Positions 1 through 13,459 of a stretch of 64,000 bases of DNA are shown piece after piece. The notes below the pieces were generated by a model. The model worked only from the letters and a program-made list of their open reading frames with translations. It was not told where the DNA came from and did not search any database. Every line of letters begins with the position of its first letter. Within the stretch, counting starts at the first letter, position 1. The DNA is from Lama guanicoe (Eukaryota), in the NCBI GenBank assembly GCA_013239625.1, contig MU054323.1, forward strand, positions 17,612,029 to 17,676,028. Reading direction: 5' to 3'. The translations under genes and the position numbers were made by a program.

Positions 1-329
1 AAACTAAAGACTAAAGTAGAACTAGTACACGTGCTAAATATTTTCAAGAGAATTCAGCTTCCGCATAGTATGTACAGTATCACAGCAAGTGCTGAAATCC
101 TAGACATGTTCAAATTTTGAGTGACAACACAGCACTCGGCAATTACAATTACAGATCATTTGTAAATAATAAGACAGTTAGATACTATTATTATAGTATG
201 TACAACATATACACAGTGTAGTATTATATATGTATAAATTATTATAAATTTCTCTGGAAAAAGTATGATCTTAAACTTGGTGAGAAGAAAAGTTACTCCC
301 CAACCTACAACCAACAACATAATCTTGAG

Positions 330-1491
330 AAGGATACCCTTCTTTCTCTGCTACGTGAGAAAGCTTCAGAAGAATCTTTATTCGACAAGTTGCTTCTATA
401 ATTGGTTCAAATTTCAGTCACCAGCATATTAATTGTATAATAGTATATAATATTAATTGTGTGTTATTCAGTATATTAATTATAACTGTATAAAATACAA
501 ACTTCACTGCTAGCTCTTCAGTCCACAAATCACTATGTGAAAAACAGATGCAAATCTTGATAATGACTAACCACATCACTTCTTTCAAAGTCTGTCTGTG
601 ACTGGCCACCGAGTATCTGTTACTCAGTTCATGCACAGACAGTAAAGTGCACAGTTGTGTTGCCTCCTTGTCTCCCAGTAATAATATACTTATGTAACAT
701 TAAAAAAAAAATAACTGAAAGAAGGAATTAGCCAACAAAGATAAAATTGCTGCAAAGAAACAAAGTGATAACACTGGATAATGTTGGAAATGAAGTTTGA
801 ATCAAACATAAATGAAATTATAGAAGAAAATAGCTGACTGTGAGAATGCTGACACTGCCACTGTTCAAGAAACTGTAGACATACAGCCAGGGTAACTTAG
901 CGAACGTGAACTTGACAGATGAGAAGAAAGAAATTCTGATAAAAAGGACGATGATGTCCCAGAAGAAGAGGCGCCAATAAAAAACTTCACATCACAGGGA
1001 TACTGAAATTATTTCATGCAATGAAAGTTCAAAGGATAAAATGTTGGAAGCTGATTTGAACTTAGAAAGGAATATGACATTCACCAAGGCGTAAAAAAAA
1101 ATACTTGCTCTGTGTCAAAAAGTTATACAACAAGAAGGCAAGCATTGCACAATCTACTCAATAAGCAGACTACTTGAGAAGTAAACAATCCACATAAGTT
1201 TTTTTTTTTACAAAGAAAAGAAACAAGTTAATTCTCACAGGTTCTAGTATTTCAACTTGCAATGTAATAAATATTAGCATTGTTATTTTTTCACTTCTCT
1301 ATACATTTTTTTCTTTTTTCTTTTCCTATACATTTAAAACTGACCATGAGAGTTTCAAATCTTCTGACATTTTTTAAGGTCACAAAACAATTATAATTTT
1401 CCTTACTGACTATTAAGATTGCTTTGCAGGATTTCAGCTCACATGATCATTTTTACAGTCTCATACTACCACGCAAATCAAGGAATGCCTG
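330..1491. mobile_element. Tigger-family (Tc1/mariner-pogo) DNA transposon remnant, Tigger6-like
   Basis: Right end ...catactaccacgcaaatcaaggaatgcctg followed by TA resembles a Tigger terminal inverted repeat; decayed transposase-like sequence at ~770-1150; left boundary uncertain. Confidence 0.6.
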
Positions 1492-2472
1492 TACATTAAA
1501 TTATAGTAGAAGAATTTATAAAGTAAAAACAACAAAAACCAATTTCTCCCTAGTATAAAGTCAATAAAACTTCATATTTCTTAAGTTTTTGTTTCCAAAT
1601 GCCTTTCCAGACCTTTAAACAAAAGGACAGTATCTTGTTTTCAGTTGCATAAAGATGACAAGTTAGAACAATGGTGAACTGATAGAAAGGTTCTCTGATT
1701 TAAGAGAATCTGTGGCATCTTTACACCACTGAGAGCTATTGTTCCTTCAGTATCACCAATGAAATTTACACCATTTTAAGTACCTTCCATAAAGCCGGTC
1801 AAGTTCAAGGCTATCCAGCTCAGTTACATACCCAATAACAGAATTCTGACATGTCACATATACTGAGTTTATCTCAGGTGCCATGATTATTGGCTAAGTT
1901 AGGAATGTTAAACACGCCAACCAAAGTTAAACTTCCATTAATACCCATGCTCCCATCATACTAGGGTTACTTAATTCTCTTAACTTACACTGGCTCATTT
2001 TTAAACATTTCCATAGTGGACAATCAGGGTTTTAGTCACCAACAAAGTTAACCCTATACTTTTCACTAACCGCTAATAACTCATAAAGTATTGAAAAAGG
2101 GTTCTTTTTGAGAAGAAAATGGAATAGAAATTTTGAGTATATTTTAACATCTTGTGTAAGTGCTTCCCATTTGCACTCTCTTTTATAAAGGATGATTTAT
2201 TTGGCAACTTCATCTAAAATTTAGCACAGCAATTTCAACAAGTAGATTAGATGATTCTGCCTTTGCCATTTTCAGAAAACAGTCTCTATAAGTAGTGAAC
2301 AGGAAAAATCCAGCACAGGACTTCCCAAGGACAGGCAAAGTCAAAGAGTTAATTCTTCCCCCAAGATTTTTTTGTTTAAACTAGACCCAGAACTTAAAAA
2401 AAATGGATCTTGAGATGCACATACATATATTCATACATGTTATATACACTAGTTGGTAAAAACAATTCCTAC

Positions 2473-2583
2473 CTCAGGATCATCATCATCAAAATCATGG
2501 TAAGTAGAATGATCTGGATTATTCACTTTATCCAAAAGTTCAATTGCCAAAGACCGTGTCAAAGGCTGTGTGACAAACGGGTG
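2473..2583 (-). CDS. MAP4K3: MAP4K3 exon 12 (HPFVTQPLTRSLAIELLDKVNNPDHSTYHDFDDDDPE; end of kinase domain)
   Basis: ttttgtag|CACCCG...CCTGAG|gtagga, 111 nt. Confidence 0.96.
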
Positions 2584-2685
2584 CTACAAAAATAAAATAA
2601 TATAGTACAGAACACTTATTAGAAGTCTGATTGAGTAACATTTTATCTTTTTGAAAAAAGACATATTTCAGGGCAAAAATAATAC

Positions 2686-2767
2686 CTGGAGTAATTTTTC
2701 AGCATTAGGTCTTTTTTTTGGATTTTTGGTAAGTGCCATTTTCACAAAATGATGAAAACTATTTGAC
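2686..2767 (-). CDS. MAP4K3: MAP4K3 exon 11 ([28 protein letters not shown])
   Basis: tttcttag|GTCAAAT...CTCCAG|gtatta, 82 nt. Confidence 0.96.
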
Positions 2768-2852
2768 CTAAGAAATGTTGAAAATAAAGATTTTTAATTT
2801 CAGTTCTTTTTTTGCTCAGGACTATAAAAGTAAATAACACGAAAATACTTAC

Positions 2853-2915
2853 CACTTCATTTTATCCTTTAGTTTAGGAGGCTGAAAATTGCTTTTTGTC
2901 ATTAGAAATAATGCT
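2853..2915 (-). CDS. MAP4K3: MAP4K3 exon 10 (RALFLMTKSNFQPPKLKDKMK-W)
   Basis: tttttcag|AGCATTA...TGAAGTG|gtaagt, 63 nt. Confidence 0.96.
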
Positions 2916-3097
2916 CTGAAAAATCAACAATCATTTAACAGCATTTTAAGATGGCATATTTTAATATATAATATTAATTCTACTACTACTATTCCCAAAT
3001 AAGGTAAGTATTATTTGTTCATGATATAATAAGGAATACCAGGATGGGGAGGGGGCCTTAATTTAAGCATAGGATTCTTCAACTGTGACACACTGAC

Positions 3098-3229
3098 CTC
3101 ATTGGGTGCAAGTCAAACATAGGAGGCTGAAGCTCAGCAAGTTCTATGGCAGTGATTCCCACGGCCCACAGATCACAGAGCTGATTGTACCCCCCTTTCC
3201 TCTCAACGGCTGCAACTTCTGGAGCCATC
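3098..3229 (-). CDS. MAP4K3: MAP4K3 exon 9 ([45 protein letters not shown])
   Basis: tccttcag|GATGGCT...CAATGAG|gtcagt, 132 nt; also visible inside ORF 3079..3333. Confidence 0.97.
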
Positions 3230-4209
3230 CTGAAGGAGATATTCCAGAAAAGAAAAACCTTCTGTTTACTGTATTTTCCTTCATATTCCCACCAGAGGAA
3301 CATGGAACCATTACTATCTAAACTGAGGCCCATGCAGGCCTTGACATCTGAATAATATGTGGTACTTAAATAAGTACGTGGTACTTAAAAGGTCCATCTT
3401 TCCCAAGATCTTGACATGTTACAAGACCTTCCATCTCAAGCCCTTACTAGTTACTTCTTTATTATTTTGTTAAACTATTCACTATAAAGATTTATACATT
3501 TTTACAACTGTAACAGAGTAACATGTACCAAACTTGTCCACACCCCAATTTCTCTTCCTCTGTAGATGCAAAATTCTATAGAGAAATGACATGCTGTAAT
3601 AAATATAAAATTTATAATTTTTAGCTCTATCTCCTTAGATCAATAAACTGCAACCTGACCTCTGACTGTTTTCACGTGACCAAAACTATTTATTGGGGCA
3701 CCAATAATCTTCACTTAGCACTTAACTTATATTTACTATAAACTTAATTGGGTGGTGGAAAGTTTTTAAAATGAGTGTCTTCTGTTAAAAAAATGTTCAC
3801 TCAGAGGAAAGTTACCTAAATTCACTACTTATTTTGTTTAACTTTGCTGTAGGTTGATTCTAATTATACCTCTATAAATTTGTATTTGATTGATTAAATA
3901 ATTATATTAATTTTCAAATATAAAAAATTTCAAATCCTTAATAGTAGCTTTGAAAATAACTGAGATAAACATTTCAACTCTTACATAGCAAAACTGTGAT
4001 TTAAACAGGCAGCCTTACACGTATGTCTTCCTGGTATGATTTCAGGAAAGTAAAGCAAATCAATAAAGTTAATACACAAACAAACAAAAAAATCCCTCTC
4101 TAACTTTGAGAATGTTTGGTCTTAAAATGTTTTAGATCTTAAGAGTAGCTCTTATGAATATTCAAATTATCATAAGAAAAGTGAATTTTAAAGTAAGTCA
4201 TTTGTAACT

Positions 4210-5220
4210 TAATTGATGGCTCGATTCTAGCCAGCTGAGGGAAATGCCTCGGCAGAGTATGAAAGCACACACAGGTGACAGGCTCTCTACTAGCTCCCCA
4301 AGTTAGCCGATGTTCTCCCTTCTTCCATAAAAATAGGAGGGAAAGAGTCCACCTCGTGCATTTCTACTCCTGCCAGTTTAGATGTATGCTTACCACAGTC
4401 AACTGAGTCATCTCTGAACCTGTTTATTTGTTACATTTGTTATTATAACTACATAATTAAATTAAATATCATAAAAACTGAATTAGGAAAGTGAAAAGAG
4501 TAAGTTGTTATGAAAATTGAAGTGTATGCTTTAGAAAAACTTGTTGAAGACAAGTTTCTGAAGACAAAACCAAAAAAAAAAAATCTGGAAACCCAGGTTA
4601 AGAACATGACAGCTGAAAGAGACTGAGAAGGCTACATACTGCATAATTCCATTTGTATGACATTATAACATTGGGGGAAAAGGCAACACTAGAGATAGAA
4701 TGCAGATCAGGTGTTGCCAGAGGCTAGAAAAATTTACTAAAAGGGGACAAAAGGAAACCTTCCTGGGTATGGAAACCTATTTTGTACATTGATTGCAGTG
4801 GTATTTTTCACTACCACAAGTCACTCAATATTCATACACAGTATACCTAATGAGGCTGAATTTATACCTCGATAAACCTGACTGGAAAAAAATTACATGC
4901 TTTGTATTGTCCAAGTTCTCCACGCACTTCAGAGACACACAAGCCAGGAAATGTAGTTGATTCACGTGGGTATGGCTTATGTTAATAAGATAGAAAACTC
5001 TATCTAGTGATCCAAAGAAAAGGCCTTGGTCCTAGATCAAAAGACTAAAAAAAAAAAAAAAAAAAAAAGTACATTTACATGCCTTAAATTGAAATAAAAT
5101 GTTTCAGGTACAGGTGTAGTACATTAATTATGAGATTTTTTTTTCCCAATTCAACAGACTTTTTTGATTAACCGATTAACTGTGCTGACCTAAGTCAAAT
5201 GAATGAGAGATTCCATTTGA
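4210..5220. mobile_element. Old Tigger-like remnant interrupted by an L1M 3' fragment (~4600-4890, +)
   Basis: Middle part has L1 3' UTR motifs (catactgcataattccatttgtatgac...gttgccagaggct); flanks resemble ancient Tigger elements. Confidence 0.45.
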
Positions 5221-5559
5221 TTTTATATCCCGAGAGTTTAGGTGGGAAAGACATGACCCTAGAAAGAGCTGAAGAGGGGGAGTGTTCCAAAATGTTTCTC
5301 TGCCTGATTCACAATTTCACATACTCCCAAGATATTACCTACTCCATCATTAAAAAAATGACATTAGTTTTTAATCTCTGAAGCTGCAGCTGGAGATCAG
5401 TTATCAACAAACATTTACTAAGTATGTACAGAGAACCATGCTGGCCCTGGAGACTCAATGAGAGCTCCTCCAGATGTTTAAAATCAAACTGAGGAGACAG
5501 AGTACCTAAAAATAGTAATATACAGCTCTTTAAACTCTTAATCCTCTCAAAAATCAACC

Positions 5560-7000
5560 CTAAACAATAAGAAGAACAAACAAACAAAAAAATATAAACA
5601 TACTATCTTTGAAAAATCCAGAAGACATATTTGGACTGAAAATGACAGCAAATGATGTGGCAAAGAGGAGGAAGGACAAACGTAACTGTGTGCAGAGGAG
5701 AACAACCAGCAAGCTAAGAACCCCAGAAATGAGTAAAATTTAATGTACGTCAGTTACTACTTTATTGATGACTAGATTTCAACTAGCTGGTTCTTAACCC
5801 CTAAGAATCTCAGAAAGGTTTACAAATTAGGGTTACAAACTTACAAAAGCAGAGTTAACACTGGGTTAAAAACAGGTGTATTTGAAAATGTCAAGTCTAA
5901 ATAATGAACACTTAGTCCTCCAGATTCCTTTTCTCGTCCATTAAGGTCCAGCAACTACTCCTTTGCCATTCCTACTGCATAAAGACCAAGGAAAATTGAA
6001 TGAGAGACATCAGGAATAAGGGAGAGCGGGGGTTGGAAGCAGCAGAAGTCTGTGTACAGAACAATGAGTTCCTTGGCTTCCTTCACTTGCTCAGTTCTGG
6101 AACACTAAAAACCAGGTTTATATGCTAACTCCCACAAACACAGAGGTATGACACATTTAAGTACCTTGCTCTTCAATATAAACCAGAAGACAAGGATTAC
6201 TAGACATCTGAAGGAAGCCTCCATCATGAAAGCATGAGTCTCAAAAGCCAAGGAAATCTTAAAGTACAACAAAAATGATTTTTAAAAAGTGAGAAACTGG
6301 TAGTAAAAAAAAAAAAGTGAGAGGAAGTCGAAGAAAATTAATAGATTCATTCAAGTGGTCCAAGACGTAACATCATTATTATAGTGAGTTCCAGAAAGAA
6401 AGTAGGAAAAAGTATGGCAAAGAAACTATCAAGAAATAATACAAGAATATATCCCAGAACCGAAAGACATGAATCTTGATTGAAAAGCACAAATGCCAAG
6501 TACAATGAATAAAGGTAGAAAGAACAAACAAAAACATTATGAGGTATATCACTATGGAATACCAAACCACGAAGACTCTAGCAGGGAGGGGTTACGCTCA
6601 AATATCATCTATCATAATGGCATCACACTTCCCATCAGCATCAGAGAAAAGACGACACTAGAGAAATGCTTCACAACTCCAACCTAGAATTCTGTATTCA
6701 CCCAAATTATCAATCAAGTGTGAGGCTAGACACGCAGAGCCTCAAAATTTTTCTCCTCAAATTTCTCAGGAAGTTACCAAAACATGTGAGAGGGAGACAT
6801 TAATGAAAGAGGAAGACCTGGATTCCAGAAAATGAATTTCCAAGCTGAATATGAAAAATTCCCAGGGCGAAGCTATACAAAACACCTAGAAAATAAACAA
6901 TTCAGATTGGAATAGTAGGGAAAGAATTCAGTAAGAAAAAAAATTTAAAACAAAGCAAAAGCAAACAAAAATCGGGACTGACAGATAATTTGATAGGCTT
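5560..7000 (+). mobile_element. Ancient L1/HAL1 5' and ORF1 remnant
   Basis: A-rich decayed ORF1-like sequence (gagttccagaaagaaag...atatatcccagaaccgaaagacatgaatctt...cctagaattctgtattcacccaaattatcaatcaagtgtgagg). Confidence 0.6.
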
Positions 7001-8208
7001 TATGGTGTGGAAAACTGTATAGAGGCATCTCACAGACTGCAGAATGTGTGAAGGTATGGAAGTCTTGGCCAGGGATCAAAAATAAAAGCTAAGGAGATGA
7101 AAAATGAAGAAATTATTAAATATAGAAAAAATTTCAAGATAGTAAGTGCAATAATAGTATAATAACTGACTCAGCAAGTACGCTGAAAGGATGAGAAGAC
7201 TGGATGATGAATGAAGAAAGCTAAAACCTCCACCTATCATATCACGAAGCCTATAAATAATAGTAGACAATGCTACAGGTGGCAGCAGGCACAACTAGAA
7301 GAATTTCTATGTCATAAAATTTTATACGAAATTTTTCTCTTTAGCACTATTTGACTTTTAAAATATGGATCTGTTTGATAAAAAGACAAATCAATATTAA
7401 AAATGGTATACATCATATCCTAAGCAAGAAAATAAGTCATCCAGGTTAGTGTTACCTGACTGCTGAGGAGGCAGACCAGGGCATCAGGAGAGAAAGGGGA
7501 GCTCTTGGGCTGAAGGGAATGTAAGATCTCCAGAGTGCTGTTACTTCAAAGTAATGGTGTGAACAAAAGAGCTCTAGACCTGTCCACCACTATATTCACA
7601 ATGACTAATAGCATACCTGGGACACAGTAAGCAGTTAAAAGCATTTACTGAATAAATAAATGAATGATTAAGACAGCTTTTATAGACTGGGCAAAGAACA
7701 CCAAGCAGACAAACACAGCTAGAGAGGAAGGTCTGTGGAGGCAACTGGTAGGACTTAAGGTTAACGAAGCAGATCAGATACTGGAAGCCTCCAAATGCCA
7801 AGAAATATGTATTTGATCTTGTGTGCAACCAAGATATGTCAAAAATGTTCAATATTGTAAATAATAAAATGCTGAAAAATTTCTCAGAATATGGACTGAT
7901 CTGTGAAAATACATGTGATATGTGTAGGATCAAGAGTTGGGTTTTTCTAGCAAAACTGGAACTATATCAAAGTTTCCAAAAGCTGTACCAATCTTTAAAG
8001 CTTTTCCACTGCATGAAAATTGGCATGGTAGAATATTCTATGGCTGTGTGTTCCATCCACAAATTTACATGCCTAAATTAGTTAACCTGTTAATGATCTC
8101 CTTAATCTGTTTTCAGTCCCAATAATTTTGACCAGTCTATTTTTTTAATGAACACTGTATACAATGATAGAAAAACAAAAAGTTAAATTATTGATTAAAA
8201 TACAATTA

Positions 8209-8310
<102 letters not shown>

Positions 8311-9130
8311 TTAGAAAATAAAAAAAGTAAAATTAAAGTAACATGAGAAGAAATTTTCAATAATTATTTTCATTAAACTAATTTCACAGAAATAAGGCAC
8401 ATAATATTGACAAAAAATATTGAACTGCTGATGGAAATTGTTCACTAAGCCATCAATAGTTAGACAACTGCTTTTCCAGTTCTTAGAGGTGGCTTAGGCA
8501 AATTTTATCATACTTTTAAATCTGATTAGTTCTATTATAGGCTATACTTCAAAACAGTTTTATTCATGTTTTTATAAGAGAAATTTTTTTTGAATATTGG
8601 TCTTATAGTAATATACAGTTCAAAATAACTTTCATGTTTACTATTAACATTTATTAACATATAATAACATAAATGTTATTAACATTTATATCTAACAGAC
8701 ATCACAGACATGACTTTTTATAAAGTTACTATATTATACATGTTTTCTGGTCAGACTTTCAAATTAAGTTATTAAGTTTTGAACTCTGTTTTAATCATAA
8801 CTTGACAACCAAAAGTTAACAAAATAAAAGTTACAGTTTCAAATAAAGCACTGTTCAGCATCTATAGTACATTCTTATGTAAGTAATACTGTGTTTTATT
8901 TTGAAAGCTTCTGTTAAGTAGGTAGGATTTGGGCATCACTGATTTTTTTGGCTTTTGTTTATTCTCCTTGTTTTTTGGTTCCAAGATAATTCTGTACAGA
9001 TTTCTTATTAGAAATCCCATTCCTGTAGTTAAGGTGAAAGAATTTCCAAGGAATAGTATTTCATTATATCTTTACAACAAATTTGTCATATGTGAAGGAT
9101 AAACTTTATCCCCATTTAAGAGGAAACAGA

Positions 9131-9284
9131 GGGGAGGGTATAACTCAGTGGTAAGGTGTGTGCTTGGCAGGCAGGAGATCCTGGGTTCAATCCCCAGTAC
9201 CTTCATTAAAATAAATAAATATATAAATAACTTAATTACCACCCCTCCCCCAAATAAAGTTAAATTTTTTTTTAACAAAAAGAG
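9131..9284 (+). mobile_element. tRNA-derived SINE, camelid Vic-1 type, with target-site duplication (TSD)
   Basis: ggggagggtataactcagtggt (A box)...gggttcaatcccc (B box), AT-rich tail; TSD aagaggaaaca at 9118-9128 and 9285-9295. Confidence 0.85.
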
Positions 9285-9451
9285 AAGAGGAAACAAATAC
9301 AGAAAGATTACATATGTCTTGCAATGAGATTTCCACCTAAAAATACATAGACGCTACTGAGGGAGGGGAAATCTAGTCCTAAAGAGGAAAATATAAACTT
9401 ACTATGTTTTGGAATAAATTTGTACAAGTGACAAAACTCAAATTTACTCAC

Positions 9452-9494
9452 CCAATTTCACATGACCATTATCCGTTAAAAGAATGTTAGCTCC
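9452..9494 (-). CDS. MAP4K3: MAP4K3 exon 7 (GANILLTDNGHVKL-A)
   Basis: ctttgaag|GGAGCT...AAATTGG|gtgagt, 43 nt. Confidence 0.96.
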
Positions 9495-10524
9495 CTTCAA
9501 AGTGAGAACATTTTAGTTAAAGGAGGAAACATTTTATCAGACAGCATATATAACAGAATAAACATATGTCTTTAAAATAATCACATGACAGCCTTAGATC
9601 TAGAAATACTTAAAATTTAAAGCATGCACAATTAAAATGTTAATTCATTACTATATTCAAAGGAAAATTTACTGTCCATTTTTTAGGCAATTTAACTATC
9701 CTTATAAAATGTTCTGCCTTGTAAAAAGCTATTAACAATATGAATATTATTATGAAAGTGACATATTTTCACCTAAATGTTTTTTTCTTTCTGATCACTG
9801 TCACTACACTACAATGGAATTTCAATTCCTTGAATTACATTTTAAACTTCACTGCTATTTCCCACTCAAAAACACCGAAACACATCTCCTTTCCTAGGAA
9901 ATCAGCATCAACTAAACCAGTGCTAGTGTGTAAGGCTGAACCTTGCTGCTTAGTCCATGGGGAGTCCATTCTAATGTGTCTGCCCAGAGTTTAGGCCCAT
10001 TCAGGACATCAACAACTTGCCACAGGCCCAAAGAATTGAAATGTCACTGTGGACCTTGTAGCATTTTGGCCATTTTGCTTCTTGACCTAAGCTCAAGAAA
10101 GATAATAACACTTCATCTTAAAAAAAACTCAAAGCACAGGCTTTTACACCCCGTCCCCCAGTCCTTTTCTGCAACTTTTAAATGAGCAAGCAAAAGTAAG
10201 CAGCCTCTGTAGTTCAGAGAGCCATCAACCATCTAACCATAAGTTCAGGGGAAAAATACTATGAAAGCACCCTTCAGCTCCCAAAAGGGGAAGAAATAAC
10301 CAAAATGTGCACCCATTGATATTACTACAACCCTAAGAGATAATGAGAGAAGTGAGAAAAAGGAGAAAGAAGAAACTAGAGTAGAGATTTCAACTTGATT
10401 TAGGTCCTAGCTATCTAGATTTCTGCCAGCATCTTCAGTTTGGTCTTTCCTCAGCTCTAGAGTAATTTTTCTAAATTACAGTTTATATCATATCACCTGC
10501 ACTTGTGGCCTTTGATGCTTACTT

Positions 10525-11280
10525 CCATCCATCCATCTATGCATCCACTCATCCCTCACTCCCTGAGAGATTACTAGCAACCACATGCTATTTTAAGCTC
10601 TGGGGTGACAGTAGTGAATAAGTTCCAGTTCTCATGGAGTTTACATCCAAGTAGGAGAGAAAGAAAATCTAAACATGAATACATAACACACACACACACG
10701 AATGAATAAATGAATGAATCAACAAATGATTCAAAGCCAGGTAGAGACAAGTACTCTGAATATAAATAAACTAGGAAGGGAAGACCTCTCTAAGGCAGTA
10801 GCAGCTGAGCAGAGATCTAGATGAAGAGAGGGTGCAGAGGTGTGCCAAAATCCAGAAGAACATTCCAGAAAGTGGGGACAGCAAAAACGAAGTCCTAGGA
10901 CCAGAAGGAACCTGACATATTCCAGGAATAGCCAAGTTTAGCGTGGCTGAAACAGAATGAGCAAAACGAAGAGGAATGTGAGATGAGGTCAGAGAGGAGA
11001 GCAGGAGCCAGATCATGCATAACCTTATAGGCCATGGTAAAACATCTGGATTTTATACTGAGTGTGAGGGGAAGCCAATGGTGGCTTACAAGCAGGAGAG
11101 AGACAAGATCTGACTTAAGAAGACTGCTTCGGTTGTGAGGTAGAAAAGTGCCTGCAGAACCACTCAAGAATGGGAGCAGGGAGAACAGTTAGAAGGCCAT
11201 TCCCGAAGTGCAGGTGAGATACAACACAGCGGTGACTCAGACATGGTAGAAATAGTGGCAATGGTCAGGAGCTACCCAAT
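10525..11280 (-). mobile_element. L2 LINE 3' remnant
   Basis: Reverse L2 3' end pattern (catccatccat...ggggtgacagtagtgaataag...ctcatggagtttacatcc; gccagatcatgcataaccttataggccatggtaa). Confidence 0.75.
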
Positions 11281-12177
11281 TAGGCCCCAACTATGAAGTT
11301 CAGCCCACAGGTTCCTGCACAATGGAGCACCACGCCACCTGGCCAACCCCATCTCTTGTCACTCTCCTCCAGTCTCTCCTCTTCAAAAACAGTGCAGCTT
11401 TTATGCCCCCTAAAATGACCCCACATTTCCTGACCTCTGTCTGTATCTTTGCTCACATTGTTCCCTCTGTATGGAAGGCACTCCAACCTCCATTTCTGAC
11501 AAAAATCTATCAATCCTTCCAGATTATTTAAGTGCTAATGACACAGAATTTTTCTTGAGTTACTCATATTCTTCTGATCTCTCCTACCTTTGAATCCAAT
11601 GCTCTTTGCTTACATCTTTTAAGTGGCTTATGAATAATACTTAAAGCAGAGAATTTCAGCTGGTGATCTGACAGCCCACTGAAATTTCATGTGAAATTTG
11701 AAGGCATGTGCACAAGGACATTTTCTGAGCAGAGTCCACAGCTTTCATCAGAGACTCAAAGAGCATAGTGGTTCCCCAACCCACGCCCTCCCCCAAACAA
11801 AAAAAGGGTTAGAATCTTTTTGTTAGAGAAAACTGCAGAAAACAAAAGGAGGAAAGAAGTACGAGGAAAGATGAATGAGGAGGAAGAAAGGAAAAGAAAA
11901 ACGAACAGAGAAAATATCTAAGGTGGGGAGGTGACAGTATCTTTGGAAATAGTATCAGAGTCCTGCCACAGCAATGGTTTAGCACAGTATGCCCAGTGCA
12001 CCTGCTCTCCTCTGCCTGTTAAAGACCAGCAGAAAATGTCAAAGTTTAATTTATCCATTTTGACACATTATTAATGACAGTTTCTTAAGATTGCCAAAGT
12101 TTACTATAACATTCAAAGCATGAAATTTCCTAAAGACTGTAACTTGATGGAAGCTATGGACTTTATTTGCATTTTAT

Positions 12178-12215
12178 AAAGAAAGAAAGAGAGAAAGAGA
12201 GAAAGAGAGAAAGAG

Positions 12216-12289
<74 letters not shown>

Positions 12290-12300
12290 GAAGGAAGAAA

Positions 12301-12331
<31 letters not shown>

Positions 12332-12351
12332 GGAAAGAGAGAAAGAAAGAA

Positions 12352-12390
<39 letters not shown>
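12178..12390 (+). repeat. Compound (GAAA)n/(GA)n purine microsatellite, ~210 bp
   Basis: Directly visible; explains low-complexity ORFs 12113..12469 and 12167..12394. Confidence 0.97.
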
Positions 12391-12644
12391 TTAAAATATG
12401 ATTAAAGCATGAATTCACAACTGTGTATTTTAAAAGGATGAATTTTATGGTATGTGAACTGTATCTCAAAAGAGGTACTATAAAAAATAAAACCCTTCAA
12501 ATTATCACTCAATTTTACTATCATAACACATGTAGACAGTTAAGCTCATCAAACAGAATAATCAAGACAATTATGCTCAACAGTTTGATTAGGATAGTTA
12601 AAAATAAAGAGAGGGCCATGAGATTAAACATATGATGTATATAC

Positions 12645-12692
12645 CTTAATATCTCTGTGCATTTTTCCTTTACTGTGAAGATAGTATAATCC
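12645..12692 (-). CDS. MAP4K3: MAP4K3 exon 6 (GLYYLHSKGKMHRDIK; HRD catalytic loop)
   Basis: aattccag|GGATTA...ATTAAG|gtatat, 48 nt. Confidence 0.96.
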
Positions 12693-13280
12693 CTGGAATT
12701 AAAAAAAAATTAACAAGATTTTAATATAGAGCACAATTTGGAATTTAAAGGGATCAACTGAGTAGCATTCTCTCTTATTTATTTACTCATTATAGAAAGT
12801 TCTAGTATTAATCAATTTATCTTACTGGAATATCCTAAAAGACAAAAGAATAAAGAAAGTGAAGGAAGCAAAGCTCAGTCTGAACGACTAGTTTTCCTAA
12901 GACAAATAATTTTCATTAAACTCTGCAAATAGTTTTAAACAATTTTTTAAAAAAATGTATTAAAAACAATGAGTATCAGAATGAGTTTCAAACTCATGAG
13001 TACTTAATTTTCAAGCCTTTCTTTGGTATTAAGAGGAATTAAAAATAAATATATAACAAATCCATGGTGCTTGAATTTTAGTAGGTATATTATCATACTG
13101 AAGCTTTAAAGTATTTATTTGCAAATATAATTTGAGTTTATAACAAAAACAACTTTAAAATGTATTAAATTCAAGAGTTTGCCAAGTTATAATGTTTAAC
13201 CTTTACTTAACAAATAATATGCAATAATCAAACATTCAGTTTAATAAAGAACATTACTTCTTAATTCACACTGGATTTAC

Positions 13281-13336
13281 CTGTAGTGTTTCTCTGCTAA
13301 CATATGCAATCTGCAGTTCTGATAGAGGTCCCGTTA
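13281..13336 (-). CDS. MAP4K3: MAP4K3 exon 5 (VTGPLSELQIAYVSRETLQ)
   Basis: ttttatag|TAACGGGA...CTACAG|gtaaat, 56 nt. Confidence 0.96.
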
Positions 13337-13459
13337 CTATAAAAGAAGAAAATTAATATTAATAAAATCAGTTAAAGCATGTATTTTCAGTAAGAGACAA
13401 AGCTGTACAAGTTTCATGAAGCAGCAGTTTAACATACTTAAAAAAACCTACTAAAATAT

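Noticed and set aside
2584..2685. In-frame retention of the 102-nt intron 11
   Set aside because: It reads gta tta ttt ttg ccc tga, so there is a stop after five codons.
3079..3333. 84-aa ORF as a standalone small kinase-like gene
   Set aside because: It is exon 9 (3098-3229) plus in-frame intronic read-through on both sides.
3359..3389. gtggtacttaaa direct repeat with a small hairpin upstream of exon 9
   Set aside because: A single short local duplication with no evidence of function.
9131..9203. tRNA gene
   Set aside because: A/B boxes are present, but the AT-rich tail, the TSD and a second related copy identify it as a SINE.
12113..12469. ORFs rich in F/L/S or K/E/R
   Set aside because: Translations of the (GAAA)n microsatellite.
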